The position numbers and the translations under genes were made by a program. Of a stretch of DNA of 64,000 bases, positions 36,250 to 47,180 are shown one piece after another. The notes beneath the pieces were generated by a model, which had not been told where the DNA came from, ran no database searches, and worked only from the letters and a program-made list of their open reading frames with translations. Each line of letters starts with the position of its first letter. Within the stretch, counting starts at the first letter, position 1. The DNA is from Candidatus Bathyarchaeota archaeon (lineage in GTDB: Archaea; Thermoproteota; Bathyarchaeia; Bathyarchaeales; Bathycorpusculaceae): positions 2,752,001 to 2,816,000 of the forward strand of contig OY969706.1 in assembly GCA_963702095.1 (NCBI GenBank), written 5' to 3'.

Positions 36250-37452
36250 TTAGGTTTCTTCTTCATTGCATGTCCGGGTTGGGGAAGCAAGCTTTTTGAG
36301 TGCATCCGCACCTTCGGCGTATCCGCTGGCAACTAACACGTCGCCGACTTGAATCCTAGAATCAGGCCATGGCCGCAAACAGGTGTCGTCACGTTTGATA
36401 ACTAGAACCCACATACCTGTATCGTCGTGCACACGTGCTTCTTTTAGGGTCTTGCCTACCAGCGACGAATCAGAAGTCACACAGGCCTGTGTAACAGTCT
36501 CCTCTGCCTCTTTAATTGTCAACTGTAGAATCGGATGCGGCTCCACCCCCCGCAGGACAACCTCCGCCATGTCTGCGGCGGCATCCGCGATTTTTTCAGT
36601 GGCTACTCCGAGGCGGATTAAACCCAGAAAGCCAGGGGCTTCTTCCTTCTTAAAATCGCTGGTTAACGCTAGCAATTCAAAGTTTGTATGCAACTGGTCC
36701 ATGCGTTCCTCTAGCCGCATAACTTCCGCAGCTAACTCTTTACTGTTAAGCATCAAAGCCGAGTAGGCGAGATCCATCATCAATTCAGAGGTGTCTTTTA
36801 ACTCAACGAATCTTGAGACTATTTCCTCGAATTTAGCACGTTTATCAGTGTCAAGGGTGGTCAGTGAGCCCTCGGCTAGGTCTTTGAATTCTTCGATACC
36901 TGAGGGTGCCCCGCGTGTGATTAGGGTGTCTCCTTCAAAGACTATTTCGTCCTCTTTTGGGTTTAGTATCCAATCGTGATTTCGGCGGATTGCAATTATG
37001 TCTACTCCCATTTCGGTAGCAAGGTGGAGTTCGCCGATTTTTTTCTTGACCAAGGTGGAGTTAGGTTTAACGGTGACTTTTATTAGGCGCTCTTCAACTT
37101 TCTCAAAAATTCTACCTACTATAGGGTGGATGCCTATGTTGTTGATTACGATGGCGGCTATGTCGGCCGCTGCATCTGAGATTTTATCCGCTGATGCCGC
37201 AACGGTTGAAACTCCGATAAGTTGCTCTGCGTCCTTGGGGTCTCTGACAGCAACCATAATTTCCATGTCAAGGAGATATGCTAAATTGTCAACTCTATCC
37301 TCTAGTGCCAGCACATCCTCAGCTAGGTCTTTGTCGTTGTATAATGCTGCCGAGTACGCTAAATCGATCATTAACTCGGAGAGGTTTTTCATTTCTAAGA
37401 GGAGTTCTCTTACGGAGATGGGTTTGTACTCTATTTTCTCGTATTTATGCAA
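36250..37452 (-). CDS. Duplicated PhoU + TrkA-C (RCK_C) domain protein
   Basis: Two repeats of KxxSELMxDLAYSA...ADAAADxA, each followed by a TrkA-C domain (GVDIIAIRR / GMWVLVIKR). Confidence 0.88.
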   Translation of the reverse strand: MHKYEKIEYKPISVRELLLEMKNLSELMIDLAYSAALYNDKDLAEDVLALEDRVDNLAYLLDMEIMVAVRDPKDAEQLIGVSTVAASADKISDAAADIAAIVINNIGIHPIVGRIFEKVEERLIKVTVKPNSTLVKKKIGELHLATEMGVDIIAIRRNHDWILNPKEDEIVFEGDTLITRGAPSGIEEFKDLAEGSLTTLDTDKRAKFEEIVSRFVELKDTSELMMDLAYSALMLNSKELAAEVMRLEERMDQLHTNFELLALTSDFKKEEAPGFLGLIRLGVATEKIADAAADMAEVVLRGVEPHPILQLTIKEAEETVTQACVTSDSSLVGKTLKEARVHDDTGMWVLVIKRDDTCLRPWPDSRIQVGDVLVASGYAEGADALKKLASPTRTCNEEET

Positions 37453-37508
37453 TGTTAAAGGAGCGCTCCAAAAATAGTATTCCCTATTCTAGCATATTTC
37501 ATTTATGC

Positions 37509-38672
37509 TCAATGAAAGAGTAAGAGCAAAGTTACAAACAACGCCATGGTTGTGAGGGCATCAGCAACACAGCTTCCCACTGGTATGACGAAATTGTCCG
37601 GGTCTAAGCCACGTTTAAACGTTAGAATGGCTTGGCTAAAAGAAAAGACCGCTATGGCGGAGAACGCAATAACGTTTGAAATTACGAGAATAACCATTAG
37701 AGTTGTTAATCCGTTAAGTGTGAACAAGCCGTTTATGGCAAGTGACAACACTCCCACCACAACAAACAAAACCAAAGTGCTTGCCCAGGCGCTTAAGATG
37801 TTTTTGGCATGCTGCTTTATGGAGCTAAAGTTGGGCGTAAGTATTCCCAGTGCAAGCTTAACGGTGGCAGCTGACCCGACAACTAAGCCTGCGTCGCCTA
37901 TAGTGTCAATCATAGGTGGGTAGATAGTGTAGATTTCTCGGTTGCCCCCCGCTAAGTCACTTATGCCTTTGAACAGTGTTCCGGTTATGTTTACGGTGAA
38001 AGCGATAAGAAGCATAGTGGGAAGGGATTCTCTTAGGATTCGGTGGAACTCTTTTTCTTTGATGTTTTGGGGTAAAATGAACAAGACCAAGACGACATTG
38101 ATTAACCCAAAGAGTATAATCGCCCATTGCCAACCAGTGGAGAAATAGATTCTTAGCACAGCGATGTAGAGGAAAGTTATTAAGATGTTGGCTAGGGTGG
38201 AGACCGCGGGGTAAACGATGGTGTCGGGGTCTAAGCTGCGTTTGAAAGAGAAAAATGTAAACCAAACAGTCATTAGGGCAACTAAAAGCCCCAGAGAAAG
38301 CGTCGCCACCATAACCGTGAGGATAGCCGCAAAATCGGAAATTGCTATACCCCAAAACAGGGTTCCGAAGAGCATGGCGATGACACTAATTGTTGCGCTC
38401 GTGCCTAATGTTAAAACAATCATGGCTCCGATGAGTTTGTAGAAGGGTTTGGTGTTGCCTAAGAATCTGGGGTAGATTGTGCCCAGATGCAGGGCAGTGC
38501 TTAGGCGACCTGTAAGTAACCCAGTGATGACGCCTTTAACGCTTAACACGGCGGGGTAGAGCGCTATAGCCCAAGGTGTAAGATGGAAAAGCCCCAGTTG
38601 CAGGGCAATCATGAAACCCGCGATTAAGCTGCCAATGTCAAAGATGCATGCTAGCGAAGTCTCTTTAAACAT
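37509..38672 (-). CDS. MgtE-type divalent cation transporter (duplicated membrane domain)
   Basis: RLSTALHLG, SLDPDTIVYP and GLDPDNFVIP motifs; multiple TM helices. Confidence 0.88.
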   Translation of the reverse strand: MFKETSLACIFDIGSLIAGFMIALQLGLFHLTPWAIALYPAVLSVKGVITGLLTGRLSTALHLGTIYPRFLGNTKPFYKLIGAMIVLTLGTSATISVIAMLFGTLFWGIAISDFAAILTVMVATLSLGLLVALMTVWFTFFSFKRSLDPDTIVYPAVSTLANILITFLYIAVLRIYFSTGWQWAIILFGLINVVLVLFILPQNIKEKEFHRILRESLPTMLLIAFTVNITGTLFKGISDLAGGNREIYTIYPPMIDTIGDAGLVVGSAATVKLALGILTPNFSSIKQHAKNILSAWASTLVLFVVVGVLSLAINGLFTLNGLTTLMVILVISNVIAFSAIAVFSFSQAILTFKRGLDPDNFVIPVGSCVADALTTMALFVTLLLLFH

Positions 38673-38911
38673 CCCAAAGAAACTTTGAGAGATGCCAGCA
38701 TGTGCTATGCCCGAGTCCCCCTAAAATAGGGTTTCCTTGCGTTACAGACAAAAGGCGCAGTTGCGGCGTATTGGTATCTTTGGATGGTTGCCGCTATACC
38801 TGCCATTGACTTATCAGTTGTGTGGACTTCCATCATAGTTTACGCCCTGCCGTGTTTGGCGGTCCACAGTCAATTCACACAAGCGCCGATTTAGTGGCCT
38901 GCCATGCCTGT

Positions 38912-41036
38912 TTAACTGCCAGCTGAAGTTTTTGGAAGAGAGCTTTGGCTTAAATAGTTTTTCGGTTGATAAACACACCATGGGTCTTCACCTAAGTAAT
39001 CTCTCTTCTGGTCTCCTGGAACGTGGAGGTCGCCGCAGTAATCGATGAAGTCACTTGAGAGTCCATAAGCCCGGGCTCGGCAACCGCCGCATATCTGTTT
39101 GTATTCGCATGCGCCGCATTTGCCTTTGAGGCAGTCGAGGTTGCGGAGGTTCTTGAAGACTGGTGAGTTAAACCAGATGTCTTTGAAGCTTTGTTCGCGA
39201 ACGTTGCCCAGTTTGATTGGCAGGTAGGGGCAGGGTGTTACGTCGCCGTTGGGGTAGATGCGGCAGTAGTGTAAGCCTGCAATGCAGCCTCTTATCCACT
39301 GCCTCATATCCAAACCCATGCCTTTAGCTATACGCATGAACTGTGGTGCACATGAGGGGCGTACATTCAACCTGTGGCGATGTACCTTACTGAAGGTGCT
39401 GGTTATCATGTCTTCGTATTTTTGCGGCGAAATGTCTGTTAGTTTTTTGCCACGGCCTGTGGGGACCAAGAAAAAGAGATGAAAGTTTTCTACGCCGATG
39501 GATTCTGCCAGCGTCATGATATCGTCAATTTGATCGTAGTTTTCATGGGTTAGGGTTGTGTTGACCTGGACAAGAACATTGTTTTTACGTAGGGCTTTGC
39601 AGGCGTTGACTGCTTTTTCCCATGCGCCCTCGACTCCTCGGAATTCATCGTGCTGGGCTGGAATGTTTGAATCTAAACTGATGGAAACGGTGGCTATGCC
39701 TGATTTTTTGAGTTTTCTCAGCCACAGAGTCATCGATCAAGTAGCCGTTGCTTCCCAATCCCATCTTTAAGCCTTTAGCTGAACCATATTCGATGAGCTC
39801 AAAAATATCTGGACGCAGAAGCGGTTCACCGCCGCTAAGAACCAGTAGTGGTCTGCTGACCTCATAGATCTGGTCCATGAGATGTTTGCCTTCTTTGGTG
39901 GTAAGTTCGTTGATGAGTTTAGTGTCGGTGGCATTGATGTAGCAGTGGCTGCATTTCATGTTGCATTCGCGGGTAACGTTCCACGACATGATTAGGGGGA
40001 CAAACCGCTGGGTTTGGTCTGCTTGGGGTGAATAAGCCATTTTTAGGTAGTACTCGCATATGCCCTCGTTTGCCATAAGTTTAGGCTGCCACAGCGTAAA
40101 CGGGAAAGGCAAAACCGTGTCAAGCATAGCTTTGGCATGGGCAAAACAGAAGTGCTTACAGAACAAGGTGGAAACCGCGGGGTCAATGCCATATTTTTCT
40201 TGTGCAACCTTGTGGCTGCCATAGATGGGGCAGTTGAGGAACTCCATTTTGCCGTCGAGTTTTTCTCCGCTCATGTTCATGTTGATATAGTGGTCGCTTA
40301 GCATCACGGACTGCAGTTTTTCCCGGCGCATGCCAACTTTTAGGGTTACGTCAAGGGCGATGTCGACGGTTTCCTGCCCGAAAGTGTCCTGCACCTGCTC
40401 CATCGCCGCCTCCACTTTAGCATATCCAAAAGATTTGACGAGTTCAGTTAAGACGAGTAAGCCTTTGATGGTTTCATATTCTTGGATGAGCCTCATGAGT
40501 ATGACTTGTTCTGCCCACTCCCCGAACAACTCCTCCAGCGCCGGACCTGCTTTGGCATCTCCACGGGTCAGTTGTGTCTCAACTTGCCTCTGTTTTTGTT
40601 TTAGCTTATTGAAGAGACTGATTTTTTCTTGACTGTCCAGGTACTTGATTGCGCTGATTTTTTTTGCGTCAAAGTTGAGAACCATGAATTCCTTGAGGAG
40701 CTCTTGTGCGTCGCAGTAGAATTCACAGTAGATTCTGCTCAATGGTGTGGATATGTTGGGTAACTCTACTTTCAGTTCGTCGAGAAGAACCTTGGTTTCC
40801 GACTCCATCTTTGTAACCATAGCCATATGGTAGAGCAGTGAACCCGCCATGCCTGGGTCAGCCTGTTTTCCACTGGATACTCCCGTGAAAATTTGGTTGA
40901 CTAATTTTAGGGCTAAGTCAACATCTTCTTTTTCGATGGCGCATAAAGCTTGGTCTAGTTTGGCTTTGCGTTCGATTAAGAGTTGAGCCCATTTATGGCA
41001 GTGTCTAACATCAAAGTTTGTCATGCCCTTCCACAC
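38912..41036 (-). CDS. Radical SAM/SPASM protein (NirJ/Ahb-like) fused to a long N-terminal domain; +1 frameshift near 39715
   Basis: CNMKCSHC and GGEPLLRPD upstream; SPASM motifs CIAG..GDVTPC and CGACEYKQICGGCRARA downstream. Deleting one A in GAGAAAACTC joins IDDSVAEKLKKSG. Confidence 0.82.
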
Positions 41037-41185
41037 CCATAACGCAATAAGAGTCTTCTATGTAAGTAAAAAAAGCTAACGGTACTCAAACAGCCATACC
41101 GTACTGCATCCATATGAGAAGCAAGAATTAGATAAACTAATTAAGCTCCAAATGAAACATAGCCACTTAAGATGGGTGAACCGTT

Positions 41186-41490
41186 TGAATTTAGACGCTA
41201 ATCTACTTAACCTAATTTTTGCTTTAGCTGGCTTCCTCGTAATGATGGGTATACTCGGCGGCATAGGCATCAACAAACCCCGCGGAATGAGCGTGAAAAT
41301 GTGGTGCACTGGCTACTTGGGCGTAGCAGTCGGCTTCGACATTTTAGCCCTCATTGGATTGATTGGCGGTTACACTTGGCTGACTTATCTGCTGGTCGGT
41401 CTCTCTGCAGGCGCCGCAACAGGTTTAGGCCTCCACGTTATGCATCATATCAATGAGGAAAATGAACATCCCACGATGATGGGACTTTAG
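41186..41490 (+). CDS. Small three-TM membrane protein with His-rich C-terminus
   Basis: Hydrophobic helices, ending HVMHHINEENEH. The start is uncertain (41152 or a TTG near 41186). Confidence 0.65.
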
Positions 41491-41506
41491 TTTTTTCCTA
41501 ATTTTT

Positions 41507-42787
41507 TTATTTTTCGACTAACTCGTTGAGTAGCATCATGTAATCTCTGAGTTGACAAAGAATCAAAAAGTTCTCCCTCACATACTCCCTGCCGCTGGCA
41601 CCCATTTTAGCCGCCATGTCCCTGTTTTTCAGAAGATTTATCGTCCGCTCAGCCGCCTGCTCCACCGTATCCACCAAATAACCGTTTTCACCATCGATAA
41701 TCTGCAAGGGGATCCCTCCGACTCTCCGCCCCACCACCGGCACCCCTTTCCAGAGCGCCTCTGCCACGGTTAAACCGAAACCTTCGCGGATTGACATTTG
41801 AAGCACCGCTTGAGATGCACGTTGGAAAGCGTTGACTTCGTGTTCTTTGACGCCTTTTAGGTCGGTGAGGAAATGGATATCTGGGTCTTCGCCTGCGTGT
41901 CGAGCGGTTTTTTCCAGATAAATCCAGCCTTCCGGGTCGTCAGTCGCCATTCCCGCGATTAGCAGTAGCTGTACGTTGGGGAGCTGTTTTTTTACTATTC
42001 TGTAGACGTCTATGCAGCCGGAGGGGTCTTTCCATGGGTCAAAGCGGCCGACTTGGGTGATTATGGGTTGATCGGGTTTTATGTCGAAGCGGTTGAGAAC
42101 TTCTATGACTTCTGAGTCGGTTAAGTCACGGTTTTTTTCGCTTAGAGGATTGATTGAGGGGGGGCGGATTGCGAGGGTTGGGACGTTTAGGCTGGGAACA
42201 ACGTACTGTTTTGCAGTGAAGATTGCGGCGTCATAGCGGCTTATGAAGGGTTCTAGGAACCCCCAAACTGAAAGGTTAGGCGTCGATAAATCCACGTGGC
42301 ACCGCCAAACCCACTTGTTGTTTTTGTTAGGGTAAAACTGGATTAGGGCGGCGGGTTGAGCATCATGCACCATCACGAAGTCAGTGTCTATGATTGAGAG
42401 TTCACTGTTCATCTTATTGTACTCAAGGTAGGTGTGTTCATCCTCTTTAGTCAGGGTCATATTCATGCCCTGCAAGCCATTGTGGATTTTTTTTGTGACT
42501 GTAAAAAAGTCTACCCCGCCTTTGATTACTTCCCAATGCACATCCATCCCGGCATCCCGCATCAGAGGCACTAAACTGTGCAGGATTTCTGCAACTCCCC
42601 CGCCGAAAGCTGTCGAGTTAACGTGAGAGATTGATTTACCCTTTAATTTGTCGCCGAGTGCACGCACACATTGTATTTGGTCCTCTTTAACGATGCCCTC
42701 GTAATCTTTAAGCTCAATTTTCCTTGACAATTCAACTCTTAACATGCAAAAAACCCCAAAAGCCGTTATCACAGAAGTTAGGGACAA
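41507..42787 (-). CDS. treT: TreT-like trehalose glycosyltransferring synthase (GT4)
   Basis: HVNSTAFGGGVAEIL, HDAQP, WRCHVDLS, RFDPWK and EGFGLTVAEALWK motifs. Confidence 0.85.
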   Translation of the reverse strand: MSLTSVITAFGVFCMLRVELSRKIELKDYEGIVKEDQIQCVRALGDKLKGKSISHVNSTAFGGGVAEILHSLVPLMRDAGMDVHWEVIKGGVDFFTVTKKIHNGLQGMNMTLTKEDEHTYLEYNKMNSELSIIDTDFVMVHDAQPAALIQFYPNKNNKWVWRCHVDLSTPNLSVWGFLEPFISRYDAAIFTAKQYVVPSLNVPTLAIRPPSINPLSEKNRDLTDSEVIEVLNRFDIKPDQPIITQVGRFDPWKDPSGCIDVYRIVKKQLPNVQLLLIAGMATDDPEGWIYLEKTARHAGEDPDIHFLTDLKGVKEHEVNAFQRASQAVLQMSIREGFGLTVAEALWKGVPVVGRRVGGIPLQIIDGENGYLVDTVEQAAERTINLLKNRDMAAKMGASGREYVRENFLILCQLRDYMMLLNELVEK

Positions 42788-42913
42788 AATATTATTTAGT
42801 TCGCCTCTAATAATAAGTTGTTGGAGTTTTAACCGTTAAACGTTAAGGCAACCTTTGGGTTGCGGCGATGCTGTTTTCTGTTTGGTTAAAGCCCCGTTTT
42901 GAGGTTATGCCGT

Positions 42914-44752
42914 TTGCATGTGGGCGCTGATTATCAAGATGGTACGTGCCGTTTCTCAGTGTGGGCTCCAAACAGCAGTCGCCTCACACTTAACCTCACA
43001 GGGGACAATCAGCATCTGCCGATGGATAAAGCTGGAGGCGGCTACTGGACCTACACTGTCGAAGGCTTAGAACCCGGTACCACCTACAAGTATGCCTTAG
43101 ACGGCAAAGAGCCTAAGCCCGACCCCGCCTCGCATTATCAGCCAGACGGCGTTTTTGGACCCTCCGAGGTCATTGACCACGACGAGTATCGTTGGGCAGA
43201 CCGTGACTGGCGAGGCTTGGAACTCAAAGACCTGCTTTTCTATGAAGTACATGTTGGAACCTTCACAGACGAAGGCACACTCAAAGCCATCACACCACGC
43301 ATAAAGGAACTGCTGGCGTTTGGCATAAATGCAGTTGAACTTATGCCTGTCACCCAGTTTTCGGGTTCGCGGAACTGGGGGTATGACGGCGTGTTCCCCT
43401 TTGCATTACAGAACACTTATGGTCGACCAGACGACCTCAAAGCTTTGGTTGACGAGTGCCACCGTTTGGGCGTTGGTTTATTTTTGGATTTTGTCTACAA
43501 TCATCTTGGACCCGAAGGTAACTGCCTAAACGTGTACGGTCCTTACTTTCCAAGCACAAGCATAGGCTCCTGGGGCGCCAACGTAAACCTTGACGGACCC
43601 CAAAACGACGGCGTCCGAAACTACTTCTTAGAAAACACCCTCCACTGGCTCAACCACTACCACATCGACGGCATAAGGCTCGACGCCGTCTTCTCCATGC
43701 ATGACAGCAGCCCAAACCATTTCTTCCAAGGATTAAACATTAAAATGCGTTCATTCAGCGAAAGCAGCGGCAGAAAAGTACATCTAATAGCGGAAAGCGG
43801 CTACAACATCCCAAAGATGCTTACTCCCATCGAGAAGGGCGGATACGGCTTTGACGGGCAGTGGCTTGAGGATTTCCAGCATTCAGTCTTTGCACTCATA
43901 ACAGGTGAGCGAGAAGGCTACTACCACAACTACGGCAGCATAAATGACCTAGCCGAAGCCTTCACAGAAGGATATGTCTACGTGGGCGACGAGCATGAGT
44001 ACAGTCGAAGGCTCCTTGAAGAGTCATATCGTTGGATACCGACTGGCAAACTGGTAGTTTTCAGCCAGAATCATGACCAGATTGGTAATCGTCTCAACGG
44101 CGACCGATTAACTGTGATATCGGGCTTTGAAGCTGGGAAACTGGCGGCAGGCATTGTAATGTTGTCGTCGTATGTGCCTTTGCTGTTCATGGGCGAAGAC
44201 TACGGGGAAACAGCTCCCTTTCTTTTCTTCGCTGATTATCAAAGCAAAGAACTCAACGACGCCGTGCGAGTGGGGAGAAAAAAAGAGTTCGAAAACTTCC
44301 ATTGGAGCGGCGAAGTCCCTGACCCGCAGAGCCCCGAGACATTTTTGAAGTCGAAGCTTAACTGGCAACAACGCTACAGTGGACGGGGCCAACAAATCGC
44401 TGCTTACTACCATGCCCTGATTGAGCTTAGAAAACAGCATCCCCTCTTTCAAGCGGACACCGACCGCAGGATTAAGCATATCACTACACAGGGAAACATT
44501 CTTTTTATCCATAAACAACTCGAAGCCTCAGAAGCCATAGTAATCGCGAACTTTTCCAAGGACCCCGCAGGTTACACTTTCCCCTTCGAAGACGGCAATT
44601 ACCTGAAAGTACTTGATTCAGCAGACAAGGCTTGGGCAGGTCCTGGTTCCACACTTCCCGCTTCAGCTGTCAGAGGTGACAGTCACCAAATAGGCGGCTT
44701 CAATTTAGCAGTGTTCTTCAAAGAGCCCAGCGGGGGAAAAAGGGTTGGCTGA
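42914..44752 (+). CDS. treZ: Malto-oligosyltrehalose trehalohydrolase
   Basis: FSVWAP, PDPASHYQPDGV, NWGYDGV, RLDAV, QNHDQIGNR and PLLFMGE motifs. Confidence 0.93.
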   Translation: MHVGADYQDGTCRFSVWAPNSSRLTLNLTGDNQHLPMDKAGGGYWTYTVEGLEPGTTYKYALDGKEPKPDPASHYQPDGVFGPSEVIDHDEYRWADRDWRGLELKDLLFYEVHVGTFTDEGTLKAITPRIKELLAFGINAVELMPVTQFSGSRNWGYDGVFPFALQNTYGRPDDLKALVDECHRLGVGLFLDFVYNHLGPEGNCLNVYGPYFPSTSIGSWGANVNLDGPQNDGVRNYFLENTLHWLNHYHIDGIRLDAVFSMHDSSPNHFFQGLNIKMRSFSESSGRKVHLIAESGYNIPKMLTPIEKGGYGFDGQWLEDFQHSVFALITGEREGYYHNYGSINDLAEAFTEGYVYVGDEHEYSRRLLEESYRWIPTGKLVVFSQNHDQIGNRLNGDRLTVISGFEAGKLAAGIVMLSSYVPLLFMGEDYGETAPFLFFADYQSKELNDAVRVGRKKEFENFHWSGEVPDPQSPETFLKSKLNWQQRYSGRGQQIAAYYHALIELRKQHPLFQADTDRRIKHITTQGNILFIHKQLEASEAIVIANFSKDPAGYTFPFEDGNYLKVLDSADKAWAGPGSTLPASAVRGDSHQIGGFNLAVFFKEPSGGKRVG

Positions 44753-47177
44753 ACACTACATCTGTATCCACGGCCACTTTTATCAGCCGCCTCGAGAGAA
44801 TCCTTGGCTTGAAGAAGTTGAATTCCAAGATTCTGCTCAGCCCTACCATGACTGGAACGAGCGGGTAACCGCCGAATGCTACGCGCCAAACGCTGTTTCA
44901 CGAGTTATGGATTCCCAGTGGCGCATCATCGGTTTAATCAACAATTACTCCCGCATCAACTTCAACTTTGGACCCACCTTGATGTATTGGCTTGATAGGC
45001 ATAAACCGGAAGTTTACCAATCGATTCTTAACGCTGACAAGGAAAGTATGCAGAACTTTTCAGGGCACGGCTCTGCCATCGCACAGGTGTACAATCACAT
45101 GATTTTGCCCTTGGCTAACCGCAGAGACAAAGAAACACAGGTGAAATGGGCTATACGGGATTTCGAGGTGAGGTTTGGACGTTTACCCGAGGGCATGTGG
45201 CTGCCTGAAACAGCGGTCGATACAGAATCGCTTGAGGTTCTAGCGGAGAACAACATTAAATTCACAATTCTCTCGCCTGTTCAAGCCTCAAAAATTCGTA
45301 AGATCGGCGAGGAGGTATGGGTTGATGTCTCAAACAGTAAAATTGACCCAAGACGCGCCTACCAGTGCAATTTGCCCTCAGGAAGAAAAATCAGCCTGTT
45401 CTTTTTTGATAAGAAAACCGCCAGCGACATCGCCTTCGGTAACCTCCTTGAGAACGGTGAAGCATTCGCTAAACGTTTAGTCGATGCCCTAAACGGCGAC
45501 GGTACAGAACCGCAGCTTGAAAGTGTAGCAAGCGACGGTGAACTCTACGGTCACCATCACCCTCACGGCGACATGACGCTGGCTTACTGCATTTACTACA
45601 TAGCTTCAGATGGCGCCCCTAACCTGGCGAATTATTCTGAGTTTCTGGAGCGGTATCCTCCCGTAGACGAGGTGCAGATTGTAGAGAACACTTCTTGGAG
45701 TTGCATGCACGGTGTGGAACGTTGGAGAAGCGATTGTGGCGATAACATGGGGCATGTAGGCTGGAATCAGAAGTGGCGTAAACCCCTGCGTGAAGCCATG
45801 GATTGGCTGCGGGATACATTGGCTCCGCGTTTTGAGTTGGAAGCCGCTCAGTACCTCAAAGACCCGTGGGGTGCACGCAACGATTACATAGGGGTGATTT
45901 TAGATCGTTCTCGCAGTAACATCGAGGCTTTTCTAGCTGAACATGCGAAAAAACAGTTGGTTGAAGATGAAAAACGCCGCGTTATTAAGATGCTTGAGAT
46001 GCAACGCCACGCCATGCTAATGTACACTAGTTGCGGATGGTTTTTCGATGAAATCTCAGGCATTGAAGCGGTACAGGTTATGATGTATGCGGCACGGGTC
46101 ATGCAGTTGGCCGACGACGTCTTTGACTTAGACCTCGAAGACCAGTACATCCATATTTTAGAGCAGGCGCCAAGCAACATAGCAGAATTCCAGAACGGCG
46201 CAAAAATCTACAACATATTCGTTAAACCAGCAATCGTGGACTTCACAAGAATAAGCGCCCAAGCAACGATAAGGGAGCTTTTTGCCGAAGACATAAAGTC
46301 CGCTCCTATTACTCCCTCAATGCCCAACTGCTCCTACACAACAACATTGGACAGTGTTGAGAAACGGGATGACGGCAAGTTTAGGCTCATCATTAACCGC
46401 TGCACCGTATTCTCTTCTACTACTCTTGATGATCAAACATTTAGTTGCGCAGCAATTTGGTTGGGTGATCACAATGTCACCTGCGGAGCAGCCCATGACA
46501 TGCAGAAACGCACTTTTAACTTGATGCGGGAAAAACTAGTCACAAGCTTCGAAAACGGTCAGATAAACGAGATAATTGTCGCGCTATCAAAGTATTTTGG
46601 GCATAACTATTCGCTAAAAGACCTCTTCAAAGACGACCAACACTACATCCTCGAATTCATAATTGCTGACGGCTTAAGAAAAGCCAAGGAACTCTACGAA
46701 ATCATATACCGTGAAAGCTCAACCATGCTACGTTTCATGAAACAGAACAATATTCCCCCACCTAAGCCCCTGCAGTCCGCAGCGGAAACAGTGCTTAACA
46801 TGCAGATGGCTGAGTCGCTTTTAGCTAAACCCACTGACCTTGAGAAACTCCGCAAAGTTATAGATGACTCCAAAAGCCTCTCAGTATCACTTGACTACAA
46901 ACTACTGCCTTTTTTGGCTAGCGAAAAAATAACCTCTGAATTCGTTAGGCTCGCTGAGGAACCTGAAAACCTTGAAACCATAAACACAATAACCGTGTTA
47001 ATCCGCATGGTTAGAGAATTACATTTTGAACTTGACCTCTGGCAATCCCAAAATATAGCATTCAAAATCGCTCAGAACCAATATCAAGTGTTCAAGCTGA
47101 GAAAAGACGAGTTTTCAGCAGCATGGATTGCAGCCTTTTGGGAGTTGTGCAATTTAATTGGGATACGGTTGGCTTAA
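44745..47177 (+). CDS. GH57 family protein with DUF3536 domain
   Basis: HGHFYQPPRENPW, GMWLPETA, DGELYGHH, SWSCMHGVERW and MYTSCGWFFD motifs. Confidence 0.92.
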   Translation: MAEHYICIHGHFYQPPRENPWLEEVEFQDSAQPYHDWNERVTAECYAPNAVSRVMDSQWRIIGLINNYSRINFNFGPTLMYWLDRHKPEVYQSILNADKESMQNFSGHGSAIAQVYNHMILPLANRRDKETQVKWAIRDFEVRFGRLPEGMWLPETAVDTESLEVLAENNIKFTILSPVQASKIRKIGEEVWVDVSNSKIDPRRAYQCNLPSGRKISLFFFDKKTASDIAFGNLLENGEAFAKRLVDALNGDGTEPQLESVASDGELYGHHHPHGDMTLAYCIYYIASDGAPNLANYSEFLERYPPVDEVQIVENTSWSCMHGVERWRSDCGDNMGHVGWNQKWRKPLREAMDWLRDTLAPRFELEAAQYLKDPWGARNDYIGVILDRSRSNIEAFLAEHAKKQLVEDEKRRVIKMLEMQRHAMLMYTSCGWFFDEISGIEAVQVMMYAARVMQLADDVFDLDLEDQYIHILEQAPSNIAEFQNGAKIYNIFVKPAIVDFTRISAQATIRELFAEDIKSAPITPSMPNCSYTTTLDSVEKRDDGKFRLIINRCTVFSSTTLDDQTFSCAAIWLGDHNVTCGAAHDMQKRTFNLMREKLVTSFENGQINEIIVALSKYFGHNYSLKDLFKDDQHYILEFIIADGLRKAKELYEIIYRESSTMLRFMKQNNIPPPKPLQSAAETVLNMQMAESLLAKPTDLEKLRKVIDDSKSLSVSLDYKLLPFLASEKITSEFVRLAEEPENLETINTITVLIRMVRELHFELDLWQSQNIAFKIAQNQYQVFKLRKDEFSAAWIAAFWELCNLIGIRLA

Positions 47178-47180
47178 TCT

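Noticed and set aside
38705-38836. 43-aa ORF between the radical SAM and MgtE genes as a RiPP precursor or leader peptide
   Set aside because: No recognisable motif or clear ribosome-binding signal; it could arise by chance.
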